NCBI GenBank assembly: GCA_038087875.1
Contig: CM075996.1
Coordinates: 10,232,001-10,296,000 of the forward strand
Origin: Malacoraja senta
Lineage: Eukaryota
Reading direction: 5' to 3'
DNA length: 64,000 nucleotides
Shown: piece after piece, positions 36,641 to 49,051 of the stretch
Layout of the letters: each line of letters opens with the position of its first letter
How positions within the stretch are numbered: the stretch's first letter is position 1
Made by a program: the position numbers and the translations under genes
The notes under the pieces: model-generated
Databases searched by the model: none
Told to the model about the DNA's origin: nothing
The model's input: the letters and a program-made list of their open reading frames with translations, nothing else

Positions 36641-37152
36641 ATATTTTGTTTTGCAACGCTAAAAAAATATGTTGATAACTTTGGTTACTAAAAAAATGAA
36701 AATATAAATTTTCAGTTTTAAATCTCCAAGTGACGCTATGTCCCCCTTTACAGCTACTGTATGTTTTAATTAAGTTCAAAACTATGGGGCAGTACATTGG
36801 CCATAAAGTTGCAGCCTAAAAGTGCCAGAAACCCGGAATTGATCCTGAATATGGGTGCTGTCCGTATGGAGTTTGCTCCTTTTCCCTTTGATCGCATCGG
36901 TTTTCTCCGGGAGCTCTGGTTTCCTTCCACATTCCAAAGGTGTGCAGGAACCTATTTCAGACCCAACCCAAAACATAATATTTTCCTTTTGTCCAGAGAT
37001 TCTGTCTGACCTGTTGAGTTACTCCAGATTTTTGTGTCTATCTTCAGTTTAAACCAGCATCTGCAGTTCCATCCTACACACACGATACTATACAATAGAA
37101 CTTTATTAATCCCAGGAGGGAAATTTTGTGTTTGGGTATATATATTATATAT

Positions 37153-37186
<34 letters not shown>

Positions 37187-37379
37187 TTATATAGTTATAT
37201 ATTCATATATAAATATACACCGTTTTGTTTTCTCGTTTATAACATTGTTTACAGATTTAACTGAACATTGTTCTCGGAAAACAAAAAAATCGGAATTCCG
37301 ATTTAAATCGGGGAATATTATGCCAGGTGCATCCACACAACTCTCCCGTTGGCTTGCTACCCCTTCTGTTATCACACGT

Positions 37380-39255
37380 CGCTTGTCGCTTTTGTGGTTT
37401 GATGCTATGCGAGTAGTTGCTCGGTCTCTCCAGTCAGCAAGACTGAAACTCATAGAATACCTTCCGCATTCCAGTCCAGTCTCCGTAGAGGAACCCGCGG
37501 CAGCACTTGAACAGGTTCAGAATATCCTTCCCCGACAGATCATCGTTGGCATTGGAGTCGACTCTGGGATTTGCTAAAGATATGGCGGCACATCAGAGGT
37601 TCCAGCGCAGGGCAAGTAGTCAGTCTGCTGTTCAGGGTCTGACCAGGGCTGACAGTGCATGGGTGGGCTCCCAGCAACACCGTTTATCCCATTGTCAATG
37701 TTGCAATCCCCCTACAGGCCGTCACTTCCTCGACCGGTGAGTGAATCAGATGCATGTCCTAGACCGAGAGAAACACAAAGGAGTAAACCAGCGAGTATCT
37801 TGTAAAAAATAGCGCTGGAGGAATTCTGTATGTCTATTTCTTTCCTCAGATGCTGCCTGTTCAGCACTTTGTGTTATGCGCATTTATGAGGGTTTATGAA
37901 CATAGAAACATGGAAAATGGGTGCAGGAGGAGGCCTTTTGGCCCTTCCAGCCAGCACCGCCATTCATTGCGATCATGGCTGATCGTCCCCAATCAATAAC
38001 CCGTGCCTGCCTTCTCCCCATATCCCTTGATTCCACTAGCCCCTAGAGATCTATCTCACTCTCTCTTAAATCCATCCAGTAATTTGGCCTCCACTGCCCT
38101 CTGTGGCAGGGAATTCCTTAAATTCACAACTCACTGGGTGAAAAAGAGAGCAGCCAGCAACCCGTTTTCTCACCTCAGTCTTAAATGACCTCCCCTTTAT
38201 TCTAAGACTGTGGCCCCTGGTTCTGGACTCGCCCAACATTGGGAACATTTTTCCAGTATCTAGCATGTCCAGTCCTTTTATAATTTGATATGTTTCTGTA
38301 AGACCCCCCTCATCCTTCTAAACTCCAGTGAATACAAGCCTAGTCTTTTCAATCTTTCCTCATATCACAGTCCTGCCATCCCAGGGATCAATCTCGTGAA
38401 CCTACGCTGCACTGCCTCAATCACAAGGATGTCCTTCCTCAAATTAGAAGACCAAAACTGTACGCAATACGCCAGATGTGGTCTCACCAGAGCCCTGTAC
38501 AACTGCAGAAGAACCTCTCTACTCCTATACTGAAATCCTCTTGTTATGAAGGCCAACATTCCATTAGCTTTCTTCACTGCCTGCTGTACTTCCATGCCAA
38601 CCTTCAGTGACCGGTGTACAAGGACACCCAGGTCTCGCTGTATCTCCCCCTTACCTAACCCCATTGAGATCATAATCTGCCCCCTTGTTTTTGCCACCAA
38701 AGTGGATAACCTCACATTTATCTATATTATACTGCATCTGCCACGCATCTGCCCACTCACTCAACCTGTCCAGGTCACCCTGCAAACTCCTAACATCCTC
38801 TTCACAGTTCATACTGCCACCCAGCTTTGTGTCATCCGCAAAATTGCTAGTGTTGCTCCCAATTCCCTCTTCCAAATCATTAATATCCCTTTTCCAAATC
38901 ATTAATAGCTCTGTACATGTTGGATTTTTACTGCTAAAGGCATGGATTCATGATGACCACAGCACTGACTATGGTCCTTCCATTCAGTGTCCAACATAGT
39001 ACAAGTAGTCTGCGGAGTGACAACATGATCAGAACGTTGCAATATAATTAGCTGCACATATCTCTACATAAGCAGATAAAGCAGGGACTGTAGGCGTTTG
39101 CTTTTTACAGCAGTGAATAGCAAGGCTGTGATCTCTGAGGATACATGTGGCATTCAGTTTCAGTTGGTTTCACGTTGATTTCCCTATTGAAATAATTTCG
39201 CAGTTAGAACACATCCCTGCCTTGATATCTGCTCTTATCACTTATGATAAAAGCT
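37380..39255 (+). repeat. Local duplication copy 2, interrupted by a different CR1
   Basis: Colinear with 28985-29647 plus 32495-32630. Confidence 0.8.
37898..38907 (-). mobile_element. 5'-truncated CR1 LINE (older, frameshifted)
   Basis: FADDTKLGG...LDRLSEWADAWQMQYNIDKC; RPHLAYCVQFWS; catagaaac tail. Confidence 0.9.
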
Positions 39256-39366
39256 TTCTGCTTCAGAACAGGTTTCTGACTGGGGCGGCATTAAGTTACC
39301 CATGCTAATGTCTCTACGGGAGCCTCAACCAATCTTACGATAGTGACTACAACTCTGTTAGTTTCA

Positions 39367-39960
39367 GGGATGATCAACTACATCTTGGGTGTAGAATGGG
39401 GAGACTACTTCAGATAAAAGTTAATACGGGAAGAGACAGGAAAATCCCAGGCTGAAAGTCAGACATCCTCCATCACTGCCTACTACCTCCACCATCAGGT
39501 AGGATTTAACATCGATTACACTCTGATGGTCATCGACACGCCAGGATTCGGGGATACCAGGGGCATCAGCCGGGATAAACAGATCACTGAGCAAATCCGT
39601 GAGTTCTTCACTTTCCCACAGGGTGTTGATCAGATTGACGACGTGTATTTTGTTACTCAAGCCTCCCTGGCTCGCCTGACTCACACACAGAAATATGTCT
39701 TTGATTCGATTATTTCTATTTTTGGAAGAGATATTACAGAAAACATTCAGATCCTGGTGACTTTTGCATTAGACGACTTGAAGAAATAGCTCTGAGGCCG
39801 AACCCATTATCCACCCCAGCTTACGTTGACCTCATGATTAGAAAAAGGAAAGGCGAGGCCCGGGTACTTGGAGCGAATTCAGACACTGGGCAAAGTAAAG
39901 AAACGGGCAGAGTTAATACAAAAGGTAGCAAGTGATGAGAATCTGCTACCACGGGAGTCA
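39367..39960 (+). pseudogene. Septin/AIG1-like P-loop GTPase family pseudogene (fish-type); no Walker A, in-frame stop, large internal deletion
   Basis: GMINYILGVEWGDYFR*KLI...SQAESQTS...VIDTPGFGDTRG...ASLARLTHTQKYVFDSIISIFGRDITENIQILVTFA fused to the family's C-terminal RRLEEIALRPNPLSTPAYVDLMI. Confidence 0.8.
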
Positions 39961-40604
39961 AAGGGAGGTCCAATGGTTGGGAAATGTGCTGGAGAAAAGA
40001 CTGAAGGAATATTTTCTCATATGAAACATTAGTTGACTCCCAATACGTAGATGATAACCATTCCAACTGTTCCCAATAGAGGGTGCAAATGTTTCACTCA
40101 GCCCAGAAACAATCCATTCTTCTAATTCCCCCTCCTTCTCCTGCCTCACCTTCCCACAGCCTTTCACACCACACCTTGCTTCCTCAATGCTGCCCCACCC
40201 TCACCCGCTAGCTGCCACCCCCCTCGCCCGTAGCTTACCACTACCAGGAGCTACCGGGGAGTGGCTTGTCATCCAAGTACCACATCAGTACTCCAGGAGA
40301 GCCTGAAGAATCTATCCACAACCCTTCCCGTTCCACGTCCATGTTCCCGCACGGAAAGTTCACCCAAATCACGGCGGCCATTTATTCACTAGACAAGCAC
40401 CAATTCCTAACCTTCTTCTCCATACCCCACTCTGTCCGTGAGATCAGACGGCACATTTTCGACCCAGTGCCGGAGGAGGGGAAGCTTTCTGCCAGCTGTG
40501 TGTCTCTCCCTGGTCATCGCCAGAGTCTGAGTCGCGTGTTGGTGGGGGGTAAAGTAGTCACAGACAGCGTCAGTGAAAATGTTCAGACCCTCTCGCCTCA
40601 GGAC

Positions 40605-40930
40605 AAGGGCACTGATCTATTTGCCCGGTATGCAAAGTGCAGGGGATCTGGCAGGGGGTTTGTGATATTTTTCAGCTGGGCCAGCACAAGTCTTTCAAGG
40701 GTCTTCATGATTACAGAGGTCAGTGCGACAGGCCTCTAGTCATTGAGACCAGTAATCCTTGGCTTTTTGGGTAGGGGAACATTAGTGGAGACTTTGAAGC
40801 AGGAAGGGACAGTGCAGGTTTGCAGGGACCGATTGAAAATATCTGTGTAGACTGGTGCCAGTTGTTCGGCACAGAGCTTGAGGGTAGAGGGGGAAACATT
40901 GTGCGGTCCTGGGCACAAAACTGCTCACAA
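40605..40930 (-). mobile_element. Rex1/L2-type RT fragment
   Basis: [20 protein letters not shown]...VPSCFK...[20 protein letters not shown]. Confidence 0.75.
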
Positions 40931-40959
40931 TGCGCCAAGTGCGATCATACCAGCACCTT

Positions 40960-42395
40960 TTAAAGCCTGAGCATTACATCCTTCTTTTTATATTCCAGTC
41001 CTCTCGAAATAAATGCTAACATTGCGCTCACTACCGATTGAACTTGCAAATTAACCTTTTGGGAATTCTTCACCAGCACTCCCAGGTCCCTTTGCACCTC
41101 CGATTTCTGAATCCATTCCCCATTTAGAAAAAAGTCTATGCCTTTATGTCTACCTTTAAAATACACGACTGCACGATTACACGAAATTATGGAATTAAAA
41201 AGATTGGACATCTTTATAGGGAAGGCATTTTTCTGTAATTTCAAGAGTTACAACAGAATCATGGACTGCACTCAAATAATTTTTTCAGATATCTACAAAT
41301 TAGAGATTATGTTAAATCTAATACACAAGTATATAGGACTAGGGAACCAGAAATTCTTGATGAATGTTTGAATAAGCATCCTAACACTGAAAAATTAATA
41401 GCTTATATTTATAACACCCTCTTAAACAATGAGGTACCACCGATGGAACTATATAGACACACATGGGAAAATGAGTTAGGTCATTCTATAACGAAAGACA
41501 TTTGGGACGAAAGTTTACAACATATACATCAATGCTCGTTAAATGCCAGACATGCTTTAATACAATTTAAAGTCTTACACAGATTACATTACTCCAAAAT
41601 AAAACTAAATAGAATCTTCCCACATATTTCTCCTATCTGTGATAAATGCTTACATCTAGAGGCCAATTTAACACATACTTTTGCCAATTGTATAAAAATT
41701 AAAAATGTCTGGATTGACATTTTAAAAATAATTTCTGAAGTTGTTAATACTAAATTGGATCCAGACTCAAAATTAATAATACTTGGGATATCAGAACAAA
41801 GTTTAACACTCACAACAAACCAAAGAAACTTCCTTGACTACAGTATAATAACTGGGAAAAAATTAATATTAAAATTTTGGAAAGGTCCTATAACCCCCAC
41901 AATTAAAATGTGGATTGTGGAAATGTCGGAGACCCTACATCTAGAAAGAATTAGACTTGTCTTAATGGACAAACAAGAACCTTTTGTTAAAATATGGGCT
42001 CCATTCATTAACTATTTGAAGGGATAGATGGGCCCAGCACGAAAACCAAACTGAAGCTTGAACTCAGGATTAGATGTAAAATTATATTTCATAACCTACG
42101 AACTTATCTCCAATGACGTATTATAAGTAGTTCATTCCACCTCTTTTTTTTTCTTGATATTTGTAATGCTTTTTTCTTTCTATCTCTCTTTTTCTATCTA
42201 TATAAAAAAAAACACTAGAAGCAGAATTAATTGACAATTGACTATTTTAATAATGTACGATTGATGTATATGAAAAGGATTTTTAAAAATTATAATATGT
42301 TACTATACCTTATAATATGTTTGCTTCTAATAAAAATATTAATAAAAAAAATAAAAAAAAACACGACTGCGCACTTTGCTACACTGTTTTCCATG
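40960..42395 (-). mobile_element. CR1 fragment split by an L1 insertion (40960-41172 and 42361-42395)
   Basis: QRDLGVLV...AMLAFISRGLEYK; sequence resumes after the L1 as cactttgctacactg. Confidence 0.7.
41173..42360 (+). mobile_element. 5'-truncated L1-clade LINE with poly(A) and TSD
   Basis: ORF 41368-42027 IQFKVLHRLHYSK...CDKC...HTF..C; A-rich tail; TSD ACACGACTGC at 41163-41172 and 42361-42370. Confidence 0.9.
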
Positions 42396-42474
42396 AGCCT
42401 TCAAGATGAGAGGCTCCGATTTCTGCACTCGTACATTGAACAAGGTGCACATTTGAGCAATGGAGAGACAGATA

Positions 42475-42503
42475 TTAGAGAATTGACAGTGCACCTCTCT
42501 GAT
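42475..42503 (-). CDS. Candidate terminal (cytoplasmic) exon of the CD2/SLAM-like gene
   Basis: ctacag|at cag aga...ctc TAA in phase 1 gives DQRGALSIL*; weak polypyrimidine tract. Confidence 0.3.
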
Positions 42504-43391
42504 CTGTAGATGTGAATGAGCTATTATTCCTTTCCTCGGCTGCGGCTTCCTCACTTCCACGTTGTCCGTTGAACTGCAGATGCAGGTTTACACAGGAGGC
42601 AGACGCAAAATGCTGTTAGAACTCAGCGGGACAGGCAGCATCTCTGGAGACAAGGAATGGGTGACGTTTCGGGTCTGAAGAATGGGCTAGACCTGAAATG
42701 TCACCCATTCATTTCATCCAGAGACACTGCCTGTCCTACTGAGTTACTCCAGCACTTTGTGTCTACCTACACATAATACACACATAGGTACACACACGTG
42801 GCACGCACGCATACAAAACACACATAAGTATGTGCACGGACACACATAAATACACACACAAGGCGCACACAGATACACAAGTAAATACACACACTCATCA
42901 GTTTGAAGAAGGGTCTCGAGCTGAAACATCACCCATTCCTTCTCTCCAGAGATGTTGCCTGTCCCGCTGAGTTACTCCAGCAGTTTGCTTCTATCTTAAA
43001 TACAAAGACAGACAGGCAGGGAATTCCTTCACGTTTCGGTTGACATTTCGGGTCGAGACCCTTCTTCAGAAGAACTCAATGGCCTGCAATGACCAGTATA
43101 CCGCTGAGTTACTCCAGCATTTTGTGTCTATCATAAGAGCAGAATTAGGCCATTCAGCCCAGCAAGTCTACTCTGCCATTCAATCAATCATTCCCTCTTA
43201 ACACCATTCTCCTGCCTTCTCCCCTGACACATGTACAAATGAAGAATCTATCCATCTCTGCTTTAGAAAATATCCATTGACATAACATCCACAGTCATCT
43301 GTGGCAATGAATCCCACAGATTCACCACCCTCTGACTGACTCTACACCACCACATACAAGGACACAGTTTTACCAGAGAATGAATACTCAC

Positions 43392-43487
43392 CATGTACCA
43401 ACAGAGCGCTAAGCACGAGAACCGCTGTGATCACTGAGATAATGGTCAGGTATAATCCAACCCGAGCTCTGGGATTGAGTTCAAGAT
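43392..43487 (-). CDS. Transmembrane exon of the CD2/SLAM-like gene
   Basis: ttttgttgtag| 96 nt |gtgagt, phase 1-1; DLELNPRARVGLYLTIISVITAVLVLSALLVH. Confidence 0.8.
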
Positions 43488-43679
43488 CTACAACAAAATA
43501 AATCACCTTTGGTTACATCTTGTAGATATTAATTTAAATGTCCATGATGCAGAGAAGACTTCCCTTTGTATCTATCATGTTTTTGATTCAATTCAATGAT
43601 ATTTTATTGTCACGTATCTAGGTACATTAAAGTTCTTCGATTTTGGTGTACAATCCATAATCACACAGCAGACTTCTCC

Positions 43680-43970
43680 TCGATAGCGGTAGAGTTGCTG
43701 CCTTACAGCGCCGGAAACCCGGATTCGATCCTGACTACGGGTGCTGTCTATGGAGTTTGTTCGTTCTTGCCGTGACCTGCGGCGGTTTTCTCCGAGATCT
43801 TCACTTTCCTCCCACACTCCAAAGGCATACAGGTATGTAGGTTAATTGGCTTGGTATAAGTGTAAATTGTCCCTAGTGTGTGTAGGATAGTGTTAATATG
43901 CGGGGATCGATGGTCGGTGCGGACTCGGTGGATCGAAGGGCCAGTTTCCACGCTGTATCTCTAAACCAAA
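43680..43970 (+). mobile_element. HE1-like V-SINE
   Basis: agcggtagagttgctgccttacagcgcc..ggattcgatcctgactacgg...gtatctctaaac. Confidence 0.85.
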
Positions 43971-44219
43971 CGTGGACAACCCGAGACTCGCAGAAAACCT
44001 GGGTCTCTGACGCTGTAAGTGCTGGAAGGCTGCAACTCTACCGCTGCACTGCCATGATGCCTTGTTGGACAATTGTTCCTATCTTGCTTCCCCACGATGC
44101 ATTCTCTTGGGTTAAATGGATTAAAAACTACTTATCTTCCTTATAATTTTCAAATTCCCTACATCACGTCTGGAGAGATATTTATCCACACAGGGAAAAC
44201 GGAATGAGAGAACATGTGA

Positions 44220-44690
44220 ATTATAGGAAAGATGTTGTCAAGCTGGACAGAGAAGATTTACAAGGATGTTTACAGGGGTAGAGGGTCTGAGCTACAGGGA
44301 GAGGGTGAGTAGGCTGGGTCTCTATTCCATGGAGAGCAGGAGGATGAGGGGTGATCTTATAGAGGTGAAGAAATCTTGAGAGGAATAGTCTCTTGCCCAG
44401 AGTAAGTGAATCGAGGACCAAAGGACACAGGTTTAAGGTGAAGGGGAAAAGATTTAATAGGATTCTGAGTGGTATCTTTTTCACACAAAGGGCGGTGGGT
44501 GTATAGAACAAGCTGCCAGATGAGGTACTTGAGGCAGGGACTATCCCAACATTTAAGAGACAGTTGGACAGGTACATGATAGGACAAGTTTGGAGGGATA
44601 TGGACCAAACGTAGGCAGGTGGGACGAATGTAGCTGGGACAGTTGGCCAAGTTGGGCCAAAGGGCCTGTTTCCGTACTGTATCACTCTAT
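44220..44690 (+). mobile_element. CR1 3' fragment
   Basis: Same family as 14155-14710 and 61745-62210. Confidence 0.8.
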
Positions 44691-44869
44691 GCCTCATCCA
44701 TTTCAATTACTATTTGGGGGGATGTTATATGTGTGGAGAGTACTTGGAGTGTAGAGTGACATACGCTGATAAGGATAGATAACAAGTGTGGAGAGGAGCT
44801 CTTGTGTAGCATAAACATCAACATAGGACAAATGGCTATCATCTGTGCAATAGACCTTTACAACTTGGG

Positions 44870-45450
44870 TTGCACGATAGCGCAGTGGTTGAGTTGCTGC
44901 CTTACAGTGCCAGAGACCCCGGGTTCATTCATGTCTACGGGTCCTTGTCTGCATGGAGTTTGTACGTTCTCCCCGGGACCTGCGTGGGTTTTCTCCCACA
45001 CTCCAAAAACATGGAGTTTTGTAGGTTAATTGACTTTGGTATTAAATTGTCCCTCGTGTGTAGGATAGTGTTAGTGTGCGGGGATCCCTGGTCGGACTCG
45101 ATGGACAGAAGCACATGTTTCCGTGTTGAATCTCTGTAACTATAACCTAAACTGGATGTTGAACACACCAGCGAGAACAGAGTGATATCTTATGCTCATA
45201 AAGTCAAATAACAAGAGTGGGGAGCAGTTCTTTAGTTTTATTTAGTTTAGTTTAGATATATAGCGCAGAAACAGGCTCTTCGACCTATCGAGTTTGCACC
45301 GACCACCGATCCCTGCACATTAACACTATCCTACACATGGGATAATTTTTTTAACAATGATACCAAGCCAATTAACCTACAAACATGCACATCTTTGGAG
45401 TGTGGGAGGAAATCCATGCAGGTCACGGGGAGAACGTACAAACTCCATAC
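44870..45450. mobile_element. Two HE1-like SINE copies (+ at about 44870-45150, - at about 45240-45450)
   Basis: tRNA head and V-domain motifs; (tttag)n tail. Confidence 0.75.
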
Positions 45451-45737
45451 AGATGTTTAAGGAACGTCTTTCCCCTGACTCAGTCTGAAGAAGTATCTCG
45501 ACCCGAAACGTCAACTATTCTTTTTCTCCAGTGATGCTGCCTGATCCGCTGAGTTACTCCAGCTTTTTGTGTCTATCTTGTGTTATTTAATACGCCCGTA
45601 GCCAGGATTGAACCTGGGTCTCTGACGCCGTACGAGCTGTGAGGCAGCAACTCTACCGCATCACCACTGTGCCACTTCTTGTGTAACATAAACAATGTGA
45701 GTCAAATAGACCTTTGCCAATACCGTGACAGACTTAC

Positions 45738-46007
45738 CCTCGATGACCAGCTGGTAGGTGCTGTTGTTTTGACTGATTTGGTTTTCCATGCTGCATGTGT
45801 AATAGCCAGAGTCTGATTTCTCTGCATTCCAAATGGTAAATGTTACATTCCCATCAGACAGGGACTGCCGTGGGCTCACTGGGAGGACAACTCCTTCACT
45901 GCTCCACAGAATGGAAGTAGCTCTCCCTCTCTGCCCCGTGCAGTTCAGCACAGCCGTGAGGTTCTCAGGGTTGTAATCACTGGAGATGGATGGTGTGGAG
46001 AGAGGAT
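45738..46007 (-). CDS. IgC2-type domain exon of the CD2/SLAM-like gene
   Basis: ttgttctccag| 270 nt |gtaagt, phase 1-1; DPLSTPSISS...VLNC...ILW...DSGYYTCSMENQIS...LVIE. Confidence 0.9.
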
Positions 46008-47156
46008 CTGGAGAACAACAGAGTCAATGAGCCAAGACACAAACGCCCGTTTTTAGACCTCAAGTATACAAAAGTAATTCCACATTTATTAAAGGGATCT
46101 AATAAAGTCACTGCCTCAAAAAGGCAGCCAGCATCATCAGAGACGCACACCACCCTGGCCACGCTCTTTTGCCTTTTGAGGAGGTAGAGATGTTGGCCTG
46201 CTTTTTTGATCATTGCTTCGATACGGGTGGTCCAGGACAAGACACTGGCGATGTTTACTCCTAGGAACTTAACATTTTCAACCATCTCTACTTCAGCGCC
46301 ATATTGCATACTGGGGTATGTGAACCGCTTCCTTTTTGAACTCCATCACTACCTCCAAGGTTGTTATCTTGATACCAGATCATGAGGTCCTCACCCCCAT
46401 CTCTCTCGCACCCCATTTAGGACTATGCCCTCTAGTTTCGATTGACACTTCTTAAACATCTCCCACAATATAATGATTCACATTTCTCAGCCACCATCTG
46501 CCATTGAAAATGTTAAATGCTCTTAAATATATAAAAGATACATGGTGGGATACTTTACTAGGTTGTAGCTTGTATTTCTTCTCAAGCACGCTTTCTCTAG
46601 TGAAAAAGTACCAATTGATGAGAGAGAGAGAGAAGCCCAGGCTTGTCTGAGGTTGACGTATATTGATACAGTGACTAAATGCCTTTGAAATGTCTTGTCT
46701 TGGAAGTAGCAACTGATAAGATGCCTTTGAACTGTCTGGTCCTGAAGGTGCTGTTGTGATGTATATTGGCTGCATCATGTGTCCATGACTAAATGCCATT
46801 GGAATGTGCCCACATGGCATATACAGTAGAAACGACTGCCTCTGAAATGTGTCTACCAATTGATAAGAGAGACAACCAACTGATAAGAGACAAGCTTAGA
46901 CTTGTCCTGTTGTGATGCATGTTGGCTGCATCTTGTGACCATGACTAACTGCCTTTGGAATGTGACTAAGTGACACACAGTATAAAACACCGTGCAAATC
47001 TTTGTTCATTGAAGCGGTGGCTCAGGGAAGTCAAGTGCCTGTTGCTTACTTGACTGGTGTATCCCCGTCACTTCTGCCGGCTGATGATCAGTAAAGCTTG
47101 AGTTGGTTTACCTAACCCATTGTGTTGTCTGTTATTAAGAAAAGGAAAATTTTCTT

Positions 47157-47176
47157 TGGCGTAAAGTCGGCAGGAC
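47157..47176 (+). promoter_or_regulatory. Primer-binding site, tRNA-Ser-like
   Basis: TGGCGTAAAGTCGGCAGGAC versus TGGCGTAGTCGGCAGGAT (complement of a vertebrate tRNA-Ser 3' end), 2-nt insertion. Confidence 0.7.
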
Positions 47177-48499
47177 CTCGCTGGGACCATCAACGGATGA
47201 CTGTATAAGAGGCTGCAGAGTGACCGGGATCAGACAGGGAGAAAACTGAGCTCTAATTGGACCCTTTGAGACTGAACTCCCATAGAAGCTCCTGGGAACA
47301 TCTGTGGTCCTTCATCAAAGGTTGATCCGGTTCCCCGCCAAGGTCCTTAATACAGACACCGAAGGTAAGACTAATTGTGTTTGTTTTTGCTACCAAGAGA
47401 GTATTCTGACAGCATTACATCTACAGGTAAAGGAGTCCCAGAGGCCGCTACCTGACGGTGACCAGAGCAAAATAGTCCAACCAGGGGACGACGTACTTAT
47501 AAGAAATTGGGACCGTAGGAAACTCGACCCCCGCTGGAACCAACCATACCAGGTGCTGCTGACTACACCGACAGCAGTGAAGGTTGAAAGCCTCCGGCGT
47601 TGGGTACATTTCTTGACTGCATGAAGATTGGACGTAAGAATGGCATGAATGTTGCTTGTTCTGCTGACGGTCCTAACCATGGCCCAAGTAGCATGGACTA
47701 TCTGTCTAAGAGCTATGAGTTTGCCGTAAGGGCACATGGGACTAAATGTTAGGTATGCACCGGTGTTCCGACTTGCAGTACGGAAGGAATTCCCTTGGTC
47801 CCCATTCCACTAAACCTTACCGAGAGACTAGCACTGAGGTGCTTCTGTAACTCCCCAAAAAAAACATCCTGCCTAAAAATCATAGGGATAACAAATAACA
47901 AAAACGAAACAATATACATCACCGATGGAGGCCCGAGACAATAACTTTAGGGGATGGTACACCCCTCCCATTAAACGAGATCGAAAATTTAACATGACCA
48001 GCACAGCAGATATACCCAGACTGCAGATAGTAAGAGATCAGTTAATACTACCTGTTTTTGCCACAACCAAGGTTCTGGTGTAATTTTGTCTGTTGCATTT
48101 CATATGTACTCGGCAAGGACTGTAATTAATTTCATCAAAATGATAAGAGGAGGTAATGAAAAGGTTAAATGCTTTTAAATATATACAAGATATATGGTGG
48201 GATACTTGACTAGGTTGTATTTCTTCTCAATCAGGCTTTCTCTAGTTGAAAAGTACCAATTGATAAGAGAGAAAGCCCAGTCTTGTCTTAGGTTGATGTA
48301 TATTGAGACAATTACTAAATGCCTTTGGAATGCCTTGTCCTGAAAGTACCATTTGATAAGAGACAGATGTCTTTGAAATGTCTTGTCTTGGAAATACCAA
48401 CTGATAAGATGCCTTTGAACTGTCTGGTCCTGATGGTGCTGTAGTGATGTATATTGGCTGCATCTTGTGACTATGACTAAATGCCTTTGGAATGTGACT

Positions 48500-49051
48500 T
48501 GTCGCTTTACCTCCCCCTTGACTCCATTCAAGGACCAAAGCAGTCTTTCCAGTTGCGGCAGAGGTTCACCTGCACCTCCTCCAACCTCATCTATTTCATC
48601 CGCTGCTCTAGGTGTCAGCTGCTCTACATCGGTGAGACCAAGCATAGGCTTGGCCACCGCTTCGCCCAACACCTCCGCTCAGTTCACATTAACCTACCTG
48701 ATCTCCCGGTGGCTCAGCACTTCAACTCCCCCTCCCATTCGGAATCCGACCTTTCTGTCCTGGGCCTCCTCCATGGCCAGAGTGAGGACCACCGTAAATT
48801 GGAGGAGGAGCACCTCATATTTCGCTTGGGCAGTTTACACAACATTGACCTCCAATTTCAGGTAGTCCCTGCTTTCTCCTCCCCTTCTCAGCTCTCCTTC
48901 AGCCCACTGTCTCCGCCTCTTCCTTTCTTCTTCCCGCACCCCCCACACTCACATCAGTCTGAAGAAGGGTCTCGACACGAAACGTTGCCCATTTCCTTCG
49001 CTCCGTAGATGCTGCCTCACCCGCTGAGTTTCTCCAGCAATTTTATCTACC
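48500..49051 (+). mobile_element. 5'-truncated Penelope-like element inserted in the ERV 3' LTR
   Basis: GIY-YIG ORF (LIYFIRCSRCQLLYIGETK); 13-bp TSD TTGGAATGTGACT at 48487-48499 and 49052-49064; absent from the 5' LTR. Confidence 0.9.
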
